A DNA stretch of 62,113 nucleotides, filler included, from Choristocarpus tenellus KU-1152 (taxonomy: Eukaryota; Protista; Phaeophyceae), in NCBI GenBank assembly GCA_964200185.2. It is 14 parts of 14 records of this genome, joined end to end, with 100 filler letters (N's around TTAATTAATTAA, not from the genome) between each part and the next. Parts side by side here need not be neighbours in the genome. Positions count along the whole stretch, not along the records: positions 36,284 to 39,466 come from CAXNAD020021720.1; positions 39,567 to 45,181 come from CAXNAD020010244.1; positions 45,282 to 48,086 come from CAXNAD020024599.1; positions 48,187 to 55,431 come from CAXNAD020006473.1; 10 more parts are not named here. One strand, 5' to 3'. Positions 37,881 to 49,275 of the stretch are shown here, piece by piece; position 1 is the first letter of the stretch; the number at the start of each line of letters is the position of its first letter. The notes under the pieces were generated by a model. That model ran no database searches. It was not told where the DNA came from and saw nothing but the letters and a program-made list of their open reading frames with translations. Made by a program: the position numbers and the translations under genes.

Positions 37881-39417
37881 GTGTTGATTGAGCTAATAAC
37901 CATGGCAGATGCTGCTGTGACTGAAAGGGGCTGGTACATCTCTACTGTCTCCACTGAGGAGAACCGCGATGGGACCGGTGAGGTTGGAGAAGGGACTGCT
38001 GATGTTCCTGGTTCTCCACCAGCGCAGGTCCAGGTCCCTATTCGTTATCCAGCAGATCCTGCGTTTGACGAGCTGGGGTACAAGGCACTGCTTTTCTTGA
38101 GAAGGACGTTCCTGGGCAAGACTCTGGGCGGTGCAAACATAGCCCCTGCACGTCTAGCGCATGTATGTATGTGTCAGTGTGTCTGTTTGTGTGTTTGTAG
38201 CTAGCCAGGGCGTGCATATATGTATTTGTGTATATGTTGGGTTATGTTGGGGGGTTTTATGAGTGTGGAGGGAGGCGTTGGTCATGTAGGGGGGTGTTGC
38301 CGGAGGTAGGTTGGGTAGGGGTGGGAGGGAATGAATCGTATTTCACACTTTTTAGGGATGTAGTAAGGTAGATAGATGTGTTGAATGATTCCCTAGGGTG
38401 ATGAAGAGGGCACATCTGTCCACAAGGCGAGGGGTGTACTGCCTCCCTCCCTCCCCACCTTCAAGTACGAAGTAGTGTTCATCCTGTCTCCATTATGGAT
38501 TGTATGCTTTCTTAATCTTGCTGTGTGAGTTGTGGGTATCCGTTGGTTTAGAGTACGCCTGAGCACGTTTTAGGCGCACAAGTGGGATTGTGCCGCTAGA
38601 CTTGCTCATATGTTCTATCTTGAATTTGTTGACTTACCTTGCTATTGGGGGGGGGGGGGGGTCCTTGACGAATGTGACCCTATGCCAAGTATGCACTTGA
38701 AGTGTATGCATACTGGTAATTACGCACTTGTGTGATTATGTCTATATATCTATATATATATATTTATTTTTTTGCCTGTACAAAAGTCGGCATCTCACAG
38801 ACACTGTTTGTTTGCTCTGTATCACTGTTTGTTGGCCTGTCCCCCCCCCCACCCGCCCGCCTGTCCCACCCTGACGACACTCGCTTGCGCTGGACCCTTC
38901 TTTTTTTTTCTTGTCTCTGTTTTTAATAATGCAGGCTCGGGCAGCCCTGCTACACCTGCTGGTAACGCCTTCTACCGCACAAAGATTGGACGCCGTTAAT
39001 AACACCTCTTGGCGAAGTAGAAACCCCGTCCGCCGCTCGAGCAACACCTCTGCTTCAGGGCTCAGTGTTGACAGCACCAACAACACAAGCGGCCTGGGTG
39101 GGAGTGGACCCGAGGCATCATTCCCAGTACCTGGAGGACCTGATTCGTTGCCTGATTCCTCTTCCTCGAGCGCTGCTCCTTTGTCTTCTGCGGGAGGCGG
39201 GACTGCTGCTCCTGCTCCGCCTAGTTGTACGCCCAAGAGGCGTATTTCTTCCAGTGGTTCAGAGTCTGTTGCTGTGGAGGCTTGGTCATGGCTGGGTGCT
39301 GTGTATCCCTTTCTTGGAGTCATCCTGTATGTGGATGCGTCTGCTGCATTGGAGGTCCTTTCCCTGGCCATGGATTCTGCTGACGCCACTTTTGGCGTTG
39401 GTGGCGGTGGGGGGGGG

Positions 39418-39448
<31 letters not shown>

Positions 39449-39466
39449 AAGGGGGGGCGGAAGAGC
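37881..39466 (+). CDS. Possible spliced gene of unknown function (exons from ~37881/37901 and ~38936 to the contig end), low-complexity S/G/P-rich
   Basis: Polypyrimidine tract plus CAG before 37881 and 38936, and GC-rich open frames; no recognisable domain and the antisense frame is also open. Confidence 0.3.
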
Positions 39467-39744
39467 NNNNNNNNNNNNNNNNNNNNNNNNNNNNNNNNNN
39501 NNNNNNNNNNTTAATTAATTAANNNNNNNNNNNNNNNNNNNNNNNNNNNNNNNNNNNNNNNNNNNNCAGGTCCACCACCGAAATAAGAGCGTCATGGAGC
39601 CCCTCCGGCACCGGCTGCTTCTTCTTTGTCTTCTGCGCCAGAGTCTCCACGTGGGCACAAAAGACCTGCACAATTTCGGAGCACAGCACCGTTTGGACTT
39701 GGTATCATGTCAAGGAACAAAAAACACAAGAGACACTATGTAGC

Positions 39745-39747
<3 letters not shown>

Positions 39748-39785
<38 letters not shown>

Positions 39786-39810
39786 AACACACACACACAC
39801 AAACACACAC
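39748..39810. repeat. (CA)n microsatellite
   Basis: Direct inspection. Confidence 0.9.
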
Positions 39811-40019
39811 AGTACAGTCAGCACTGAAACTTTGTAACAGCTGATCCCCACAGATAAGCATAGTACCGACCCTAAAAAGGGAGTCTATTAAAAAACCATG
39901 CATCGAGCTCAGCAGGCGTCTGCACCCCTCCTTCCCCCCCCCCCCCGGCCCCTCCTCTCTGTCCTCCTTCTCTTCTGTGCGTGTCTCCTTTTCCTCCCTC
40001 TCCCCACCCCAGTGCTCAC

Positions 40020-42259
40020 CTGCGTTGCACCTTCTTGAAAGGTCATCAAGTCCCGCAGCTTCTCAATCTCAGGGCGGAGCACCTGAGGGGCAACAAAGGT
40101 GTGTTGAAGCGTGCTCCAAGGGCATGCTTGCAGGCGCAATCTCTGTGATGTATGTGCTGCGTCAAACTGTCAAAAGTCGATCAAGCGAGCGTCCTACCAC
40201 AATGCACCCGACCCAAGCATTCAGGGGGAACAGCTTCCCTACGCCCAAGCAAGCCTTGCACAAAAAACACAACGCTTCTTACCGTAGGAGACCCTGAGCT
40301 AGTACCACAGGAGACAGACTGAAGGATAAGGACGAGGAGAACGACCCTAACCCTAACCCTAACGCTAACCCTTCACAAAAAAAAAGCCCAGTTAACAGGC
40401 AGAAGTACCCCACTTTGGAGGGTCCAATCAACTACCCTCCAGGAAAATGAACCCCCCTGCTTTATGCAACACATTGGTAAAAAAAAAAAAATTGAGGCAG
40501 ATGGCAAGACTTGAATTGAACCCCCAAAACAACCAGCCTTGAGCATGAACGTCGTGAACAGCACAAGGACGGTTGATCCCTGACGCGACAGTATTCTTAT
40601 TCCTGTGTAATATGGGCATTCGGGTGTAATGCATCTTGTCCACAGGGGGTGGGCGCATTGAATACCGTGGGGCAAAATTTGTGTAAGGAAAGCGGTGTCC
40701 GTATCGTCTGTCCACTAAATCACACACATCTGGGTTTGAAGTTCACCATACTATGCTCCTGTACTGCAATGCGCTCATGGTAAGCTATAAGGTCCAAAGT
40801 AGAAGAAAAGACCAACACCCAAGTGTGGCCATGTCCCTCCACTACTCTTGAGCATATGAATCTCCACATTGCAAATAGGGTCAGAGGTTCAATCTAGGTA
40901 AGCATTTCCCTCTGACGGGGAGACACACTCTCCAGGGGAAAGTGACCACAACAGGAACTCCAAGCACCCACACGCTACCTTCGCCCCAGTCAGTCCTACG
41001 TCCGCATTCAACAAATAGTACCAAATACCCACCTCTCAGGAAGGCCAGAACGTATGTAACCCACACAGATACCCTACCCATTACTACCTGACCCCCCGAC
41101 CCACCCCCGGGAAAATTTTGGGTCCGGCTTCCTCCCTTCATTGCTCTGCCCTGCCTAGCCCAAATTCTCAATCTGCACCTGGAAGGTGTTCATGTGGAGA
41201 GCTTCCTTGTTGGGATCATTGCTATCGCTGACCATGGGTATCGCTCTCGATACGCTTCGGTAAGCATAGAGGATATTCACGTGCATGTGACCAATGTCCA
41301 GCACCTTCTCCAGCTCACCGATTGCCTTCCGACCCACAGAACATGTCCAAGCAACAGACCAAGACGTTAAGGACGTGTTAAGGGCTGTAACAGGTTGTGT
41401 GACGGGAAAAAAAATGAGACGTACACTCTGAAAATACGATAAAATCTTGAAAAGAAGTGTGAAATCACCAGGAACGCCTTGGAAAAATCTCTAGTGAAAA
41501 GCGTAAATAGTTATTTTCGGCTGTTCGTGCTTAAGATGGTGAGATTCAGTTGGAAGATGCACAATTTGTTTGTTCAGAGAGTACGTTCAAGTAAAATGAA
41601 TGAGATGGAACTGACGAAGATGAACGATGGAAGGGTGCACTTGCAGCGTAATTGATAAGTAAATAATTGCACCAATTCAACTCCATCAGCTCTAGCTTAT
41701 GTTTCATGCTCAGTGCACTCCCTTGCTGAAGCAAATTACCTCTTCCACTCCCTGGATTCTTCTCTTCACCTGCCTACCCCCACCCTATACACTACCATCC
41801 TTACAGCATTGAAGGCTGAAGACTTTCAACTTCATTTGAACAAGATTCAAGATTACCCACTCTCTCCCCCTTCCCCCCCTATCCCCCTTGTTCATTTGGC
41901 AGGAGTGAACAGTGCCGAGTGTACCAGACAAAGGGTCCAGCCTTCACGACTCCAAACGTCCGAGTATAAAATGCAATTTCCTCACACTACATATTTAAAG
42001 TATTTGCCCAACCTAATCACCAATCCGACCAAAACCACAACACCCCCTCTGGAGGAATTTCGTTTTGTCTTTGTATCCAGTCGTTTAGTGCAAACACAGG
42101 GTGACCTTTCTATGCACTCACCTCCAACTCAGCACCGAGCTCCGTCCTGTAGCCGGCATGGTCGACATACTGAAGGAGATTCGACTGAGGAGCAATCTCG
42201 TAATCGATGAAGCTGGGTGTTGGCTGAACCCGAGGAACATCATCCTCGAGGTTGATGGA
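40020..42259 (-). CDS. CYFIP: Cytoplasmic FMR1-interacting protein (Sra1/PIR121, WAVE/SCAR complex), 5' exons 42259-42122, 41325-41179, 40082-40020; first exon unresolved, remainder off-contig
   Basis: Spliced SINLEDDVPRVQPTPSFIDYE..YRTELGAELE-AIGELEKVLDIGHMHVNILYAYRSVSRAIPMVS..PNKEALHMNTFQ-VLRPEIEKLRDLMTFQ matches the CYFIP N-terminus (LYTWRSCSRAIP..VLEPEVTKL..FQ); all introns are phase 0. Confidence 0.9.
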
Positions 42260-43102
42260 CTGCTTCGACAGGGAAACGGTAAGAGAGTGGGAAAGGGAAA
42301 AAGGAGTAGGTGACAAGGGAAGCTTTGAGCGAAGAACGGAGGGAGGGAGGTATGCTGTACATTTCTAGGATCCAGAATTGGGCGTCTATGAGTACAAGAA
42401 GCGACTGCTAGGATGGTTTCAGCTAGAATGAACCTGGGGGTTGTATTCACCAAAAATCGCAGAAAGAGGCTAAGTAACACAGGCTACATCAATCCAGCGT
42501 GGACACATTCGTCCAAATCTCTTTCTCTCCAACTCATGGCAATAATATTCCCCGACTTCCTAGGGAAATTCTCCCTGCTCACCTCCAGTTGCAGCACAAT
42601 GGGGTGCAACACTCCATCGTTGTCAGAAGTCATGTTTATTACTTGGAGTAGTGCCCCTACAACTCGTCCAAGTCGTCTATTAGGTAGTAATAAGTTTCCT
42701 CATACGCTGCCCCATCCACGTCGTTCCTTCGCCTCGGCGTGTACTATCCCTCTTAACCATGCAGGGCAATCCCTCGAATGGAATGCTTGATCGGAGCGAA
42801 CTTAAAAAACCTATTCGAACTCTCCGAAGGCAAAACGAGGCCCAGAACCGTCGAATGTACTTGTACTGCAACTATCTCACTCCCATTCTCCCCCCCCTAA
42901 CCCCTAGTCCGTGTCCTATTCCAGCGTTGGAGCAGGAGAGGCTCAGCTTCCAGACCCAATAGACGTCGACTTTATTGTAGTCGGGAAAAAAAGGGTGTCT
43001 CTTTCAACAAAGACTATTGAGTTTTGGTGGAACTTCGGAGGCATTCGAATTTTGAGGAAGATGTGCGTTGGACCAGCACTCCACTCTAATCCTCTTTGGA
43101 GC

Positions 43103-43514
43103 ATGGAGGCTGGGCAACGTATATCAGATGTCCACGATAACATTTTGCTGGAAGTGTCTATTTTCGGCTTTGGTGCAATATTTGCAGTGGTATACTGGTT
43201 AATGGTGAAATTCAAACAGGAGCAGGTGAGGTGCCTGGAATAGTGGAATACTAGTGTTCAACCCTCAATATTGTCATACTCAAGTCTCTACGACGTGTTC
43301 AAATCTTGAAACAAATACGCTAAATTTTCATTAACCCCCAATTCCTGTTCAGCTAGGGAATGAGGACTATGAGGAAGACATAGGGGCGCAAGCGAATGGG
43401 CGACCTGTAGGTCGAGAAGCAGTCAGGGCTGCCAAGAAGGCAGCAGCAAAAGAGGAGAAGAAGAGAGCCAAGGCTGAAGCCAGGAAGAATCATGAGGCAA
43501 GAATAGATTGCATG
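43103..43514 (+). CDS. N-terminally anchored membrane protein with charged coiled coil, possibly DDRGK1/UFBP1-like; exons 43103-43225 and 43353-~43514
   Basis: MEAGQ..LLEVSIFGFGAIFAVVYWLMVKFKQEQ-LGNEDYEED..AAKKAAAKEEKKRAKAEARK with a canonical phase-0 intron; the DDRGK motif itself is not seen. Confidence 0.55.
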
Positions 43515-45281
43515 AGTACTTCTTTCTATCGCTAAGCTAGTTGGGGTGGAATGTGTCCTTTTAGTCCCAACGTCGTTGTGGTTGCAGTTGGAGGTGAGAG
43601 TGATAGATCCACTTCGTTCGTCCTCCTCGCTTCGAACTTCTTTCGTGTTGGATGCCCCCGCATTAGCCACGTGCAGCACAGCAAAGACGTAGGAAAGCCG
43701 AGTTCGAACGTCAGCAGAAAAGGGAGCTGAAAAGCGAGTCAACCCATCTAAAGGATAGGGCAGTGTCCGAGAAAGGAACGGGGACAAATGCAACACACAA
43801 TGAAAGGAACGGGATATGCGACTCCGAAGAACTTATGGATCTTTTCGCTGAGCAAATAAACTCACAGAAGGTATGGATAGAGCACCACCTGCTATCGTTT
43901 GGCTCAATAACAGCATTCTAGGCATGCATTCGTGTCAACATTTCTTGACTTTGTTAGTAGCACAATAACTCAAGAGTAATCAGGGGGTAAGTCATGATAC
44001 ATTGCTGCCCTAAGTCTTCTCAAATGTTGTGAGCGAAGAAATATCTTGCTCCCCTGGACACTCTACACCCCCATATGAATGCCGAAGGAGGAGAGTCTGC
44101 TGCTTGCAAAGTTGTGTCCAGTTGCTTGTTTTTCCAACTCTCATCCACCTTCATGAAACACGGTTGTGCCTGCCATCAACATGAGCGAGTCCACCAATGT
44201 CACATCATGGAAACTACAGCATGCATCCCCCGAATATTTTCTTGCACCAATACAAACGTCCCTACAGCCCATTCTTGCCCTTGTCCTGCTTGGGGCCCTT
44301 GGTCGATGTTACTCATTGAACACTACTGTTGAAGGGAATGCATTTGAGGAGAAGCCCCAGCAAGCCACCCCCAACCCTTTTTCTCATAATCATCCTGATT
44401 AAGTTCCGATAGGAATCCAGTGACCCATACCTCCGCAACGCAAGCGCTAGAGTTTTGCCCTCCTGAAGATTTCTGATACAAAAAATAGTGCCCATCGGCT
44501 GTAGATATCGCAAGATCTTTGTCTAGCCAACCTCAATAACGGCACTGCTTGTTGCTCCTCTGTTCTGACCTCCCCACCCACCCACCTTAATATTATGCCG
44601 GGTCATACATACTAACACTGTAAGGGATTCAACCTCACACACACACACACACCCCTCCACTTTTAGTCGGCTGCTTATTTTGAAATGTATCGGAAATATC
44701 TACACCACTTCACATACTACATACTGCGGACCCTGTTCACGATCCTTCATTAGGAGGGGGGGGGGGGGGGGGCAATATACCAAGAGCTGTCATAGACCCC
44801 TACCAACTCTGTATCCCCTACCAACTCTGTATCAGTCAGACCAAGCCCATAGGATTAATATACTCACACTCCGCCCCACAAGTTTCTCCTAGCAGTGAAT
44901 GCACTTCCAAGTAATACAAAACCTTTTTTGTTGTCTGAGCACAAACTGAGATAATAAAAAATAAAATAGGGTTGCAGTTCTTGGTCTGTGACACAGTACG
45001 ACAGCATCTACAGTAAACACCCAATAATAACCCTAACCCTAATCTGAACAACAAAAACACAACATCATACTGCTCCTCAGACCTCCACTTTCTCGGTATT
45101 AATAGAAATATTGGCAACTCCCCCCCCCCCCCCCCCGCCCCCATTATTTTAATAATTAGAGAGGAGGTGGAGATGAATAGTNNNNNNNNNNNNNNNNNNN
45201 NNNNNNNNNNNNNNNNNNNNNNNNNTTAATTAATTAANNNNNNNNNNNNNNNNNNNNNNNNNNNNNNNNNNNNNNNNNNNN

Positions 45282-45466
45282 TTTGGCTATCGTGTTTGTT
45301 GGGAAATGTCAATATCCTTGTTCCGGACATACCTTTTCATGACTTACACATTTACCTGCTTCGAAACATTTTTGAGTAGGAAAATGTTATAAAAATACGC
45401 CATGGGAAGTCAAGCCACAAATGGACAAACAGGGCAAAACTCGTACCCTCTAAGATACTTTCACTC
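45282..45466. mobile_element. MITE family A, truncated by contig start
   Basis: Ends GTACCCTCTAAGATACTTTCACTC. Confidence 0.85.
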
Positions 45467-45819
45467 TAAACCAGGTCAGATAGCCTGTCCTTTGTCTCCA
45501 GTTCACTGGAATCAAGTCCGTTTTAGGAAATTTTATGTGAAACGAGCTGAAGCGACAAAGGTAGTGAAGTCTAAGATTCACCTTGGGTTACCTACTGAGG
45601 TCTGCAGATTAAAACTCATGCCGTGAGAGGTCACCAAGGGCCCTGAAGGCAAACACATGGCGTCATGCAGTAATCGGTCAGATCTCTGTAGTAGGGAAAA
45701 CAAACACTGGAAGTGGGTTGTGACCTTCAATTTGGATGTTGTGATCATCAACTAGGACATAGCATCAGGATTGAGATACAGTATTATCAGTTGAACATTG
45801 GGAGTTTTTACCGAAGGAG

Positions 45820-47050
45820 GAAAATTCGAGTGAGGACGGGGAAGATGAGTTGAGCGAGATTTGGAGATTGAGGGTAGATGACGATTCCGACCAGAATTTG
45901 GCAGGTGAGGATGGCAGAAGGGAGATAAGATGGCTCCAGATAAAATAGCTTGGGCATCATATCAATAGGCAATGGGGAGGTTGAAGATGCGGATCAATTC
46001 GATCTCACCCAAGGGGTTAAGAAGCAGAGCCTACCTTGGAGGTACGAAAATGTTGGTGCCATTAATAACTTAAGAACTGCTGACAAGTGGTTCTTAGGTA
46101 TTGATGTGACCGCCGCGGCACTTTCACAAGAGTCAACTTTGGAGCCAATCGACTGGTTCAACTTACTTTTCCTGAAGCATGAAATCTAGGTCATGGCAGC
46201 TGCTACAGAGGTTCGCATGTGAGAAGGTAGGCATTGAGAGTGTCCCACTAACATCCAGTGTATTTTATGTGCTCTGTTAAACCATGCTGCTACCTAAACA
46301 GGACATACGCCTACCTTGCTTTGGACCAGTGGAGAACCTAACACACACCGACAGTTCATTGATCATGCTGCATTTTCCTTCCTCACATGGGAGGAAGACA
46401 GGAGCAGCAGCACGTTCAGTGATAACCCTGACCCTTACCCCAGCGATCACGAGATTTTGTCCTTCAGTAACTTTTCGTTCTTGGTGGGATTTAGGGTAAT
46501 CTCTGGGGGGCTCCAAACGTCTGGGATCGATCAAATAGCCATGCTACCAACTCCTGAATGTTCTCTGACGCTATACGGGAGAACCTTTCTTCACTTAAGA
46601 ACTTTCCATAATTGATCAGTAAAGGCCAGAGACCAGGTGGATGAGCTTGGACGCTCTGATAGTCCCTTCTGTCAGGGTCCCCCCCTCTAGCCTCGGGGCG
46701 GTTACTTCATGCATCAGGAGATCCACTGTGTGCATGAGGGTGATCGCATGGGCGGTGCAAAGCCTGGCAGGGACCTTAACTATGGTGATATTTACTTGAT
46801 CCAGGATCTCCATCTGGACTTGGTCAAGGGCAGAAGTAGCACTTGGGGTATGAACGCCCCACATAGCAGACACGAATGTGGGGTTAGGTGTCCCAGATTT
46901 CTTGGGGGGGGAGAGGTGTGGGGGGTGAGGGTATGGGATGGAGAGTACGCGAAAGGGTGGGATGGTCCAAGGGGTAAGAGGACGATTGTCGCATACTGTG
47001 CAGTTTTGCAATACTTGCATTTTAGTATTTTATACTCAGTGTATGACTGA
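45820..47050 (+). pseudogene. Decayed PiggyBac-like transposase remnant
   Basis: Acidic N-terminal stretch followed by TLEPIDWFNLLF, similar to the P..yF.lff motif of PiggyBac-derived proteins; many stops. Confidence 0.3.
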
Positions 47051-47119
47051 AAGGTACAGTTGCAGGATGTACACCCCAGGGCTGGGAGGTTTGCTGAAGT
47101 CACGGTTACTTGAAGAACT

Positions 47120-47863
47120 TGGAAAATGTTATAAAAATACGCCGTGGGAAGCTAAGCCCCAAATGGACAAACAGGGACAAACTCTTACTGTTACAGGCGA
47201 ATAGCTCGAGCGTTTCTTCTTGTGTTCCAAAGAAGTGCGAGCATTTGTTACACGCGAATAGCGCGAGCATTTTCTCCTCGTGTTTTAGGAAATACGAACA
47301 TTTGTAACAGACGTACAGTGTGAGGATTTTTTCTCGAGTTCTGACAAATACGGACTATATACGATATTAGTAACACATAGGTAGCCTTACAGAATAAGTT
47401 ATTATTTTGAGAAGATGCAGAGTAAAATTCGGAATACCTACAAAACATTACAGAGGAAAATGTCAAAGTCACCAAGAAGTTCAGGAATAAAGGCTTATGA
47501 TTGGAGTACCTACAGAGTAGTTGATGCCAGAGGGCATAATAATAAAATAGAGTAGTTGATAGAAGATCAACGAAATTGGGTGGATGATGAAACTAATAAG
47601 CGAGATTTTTAGTGGTAACACACTTTTTACCTACTTCCCTTATGGCCCAGTCTTTTATCTTTGAACGAAACATTGAGTCAAGCTTTGAGCTAAGCACTGA
47701 GTGGAGTATCAAGAGAAAGGCTATCTGACACCCTACAACCCGTTGTAAAAGGCAACTCCCCCACAGCGTCGTTTTAAGGTCATTGGATTTAAGTTGTACA
47801 TCCTGGGAAGGTGAGCATTATTGAGGGGCGCCTGTAACATTACCCTCTAAGATACTTTCATTC
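47120..47863. mobile_element. MITE family A (5'-truncated), split by a nested insertion
   Basis: 47120-47188 and 47844-47863 rejoin to AAACTCTTACCCTCTAAGATACTTTCATTC, matching the 45282-45466 copy. Confidence 0.85.
47189..47839. mobile_element. 651-bp solo LTR (TG...CA) with 4-bp TSD TTAC
   Basis: TTAC|TGTTACAGGCG ... CGCCTGTAACA|TTAC; perfect 11-bp terminal inverted repeat and no coding capacity. Confidence 0.85.
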
Positions 47864-48474
47864 CATGGTACAAGAATACTCTCTTTATGTCAAGGTACGG
47901 TAGGTCAAGTGAATAGAATCAGCCACGGTCATTACGATACGGTTGGGGAATTCCAATGGTTGTACAAGGTTTTTCAAGGTCTCCACGGTTGTCAACTGTC
48001 GGTTGTATATTCCAACGAACAGCCGATTTCAAAAATTAAGGATGGAGCTTTTCATTGAGGATGGGCTTGACCCAAAATTGACTGGGNNNNNNNNNNNNNN
48101 NNNNNNNNNNNNNNNNNNNNNNNNNNNNNNTTAATTAATTAANNNNNNNNNNNNNNNNNNNNNNNNNNNNNNNNNNNNNNNNNNNNGATATAGACCTAGC
48201 CTCAGTCCCGCCCCTATCGTTCGAGCGATATCTAAAAATGCACTTAATCCACGAGATTACCGCAGGTACACTACTCCGTCCCCGAACCATTAACTTTCCC
48301 CTTTTTATCGCGGCCTCCATGGGCTAACCGTGTTTGTGGCATAACCGGCACACTCTACTCCTACTTTCCGTCACCCCCTTGGATTTGTGGCTCTAGCAGG
48401 GCGCTCAACCCTTTCCCTTGTTTCACCCCACCAAAACGTCGTGGTCCATCTTTCGTACTTTTCTTGTCCTATGG

Positions 48475-48660
48475 ATTTTTCCCGATACCCCTTGTATTAT
48501 GTCTGAATCTACCCTACACCTATCCACACTGTTTTTCATCGTCTCATTCATCATTTTTCCCGATACCCCTTGTATTATGTCTGAATCTACCTACTTCACT
48601 ACCCGTATTCCCTACCTACCCTACACCTATCCACACTGTTGTTCATCGTCTCATTCATCA
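48475..48660. repeat. Short compound direct duplication
   Basis: TTTTTCCCGATACCCCTTGTATTATGTCTGAATCTACC twice; CTACCCTACACCTATCCACACTGTT..TTCATCGTCTCATTCATCA twice. Confidence 0.8.
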
Positions 48661-49275
48661 GCCCCTAGTTACATTTTCGAACTTCACGTATGAAATTTGA
48701 AATTCGTTAATTATTCGGTATGTGTGATGATTGTGTCGTTGGTTTTGTGTATTTTGACTTGTGGACAAACCAAAACAAACAAAACGTAAGAATGTTTCAC
48801 GGTGTGGAACTCTTGCCGTCCTAGAATACATCTCTTACTATCTATTGTATTATTGTTGTAGCCTTCCCCCTCTCCTGTACTTTGTCGATTCATCATAATT
48901 TTTTCTCTTCAACTGCTTTCCCCACTCGCATTACTCCAGCAGTATCCCGCACCTTCAGCGGACGTCCAATATCCACAACCTCGTACCCACAGTCGCTGAC
49001 TAATATCTAAACACAGACGCAACAAGCAACTGTCTGTTCCCCCCTATTAATAGGGGCACCCTCAAGTCACTTACCACCCTGTGCTGTGACGGATAGGTTG
49101 GGTAGGGTGACGATACCACCAACAAATTTGGTTCCCTGGAACCATGTGCAGCTTGCCAAGTGAAAGAGCAGTGGAGTAAGGACGTTCTCGGAGCGAAAGG
49201 ATTTGGGGGGGGTGCATTTTCGAGTGTACTTGAGAGTCTCGTCTCTTCAGAAGTCTCTTCAGAAGGCACACCGCT

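Noticed and set aside
38742-39389. 215-aa minus-strand ORF
   Set aside because: Low-complexity GC-rich region open on both strands with no domain; the coding strand cannot be determined
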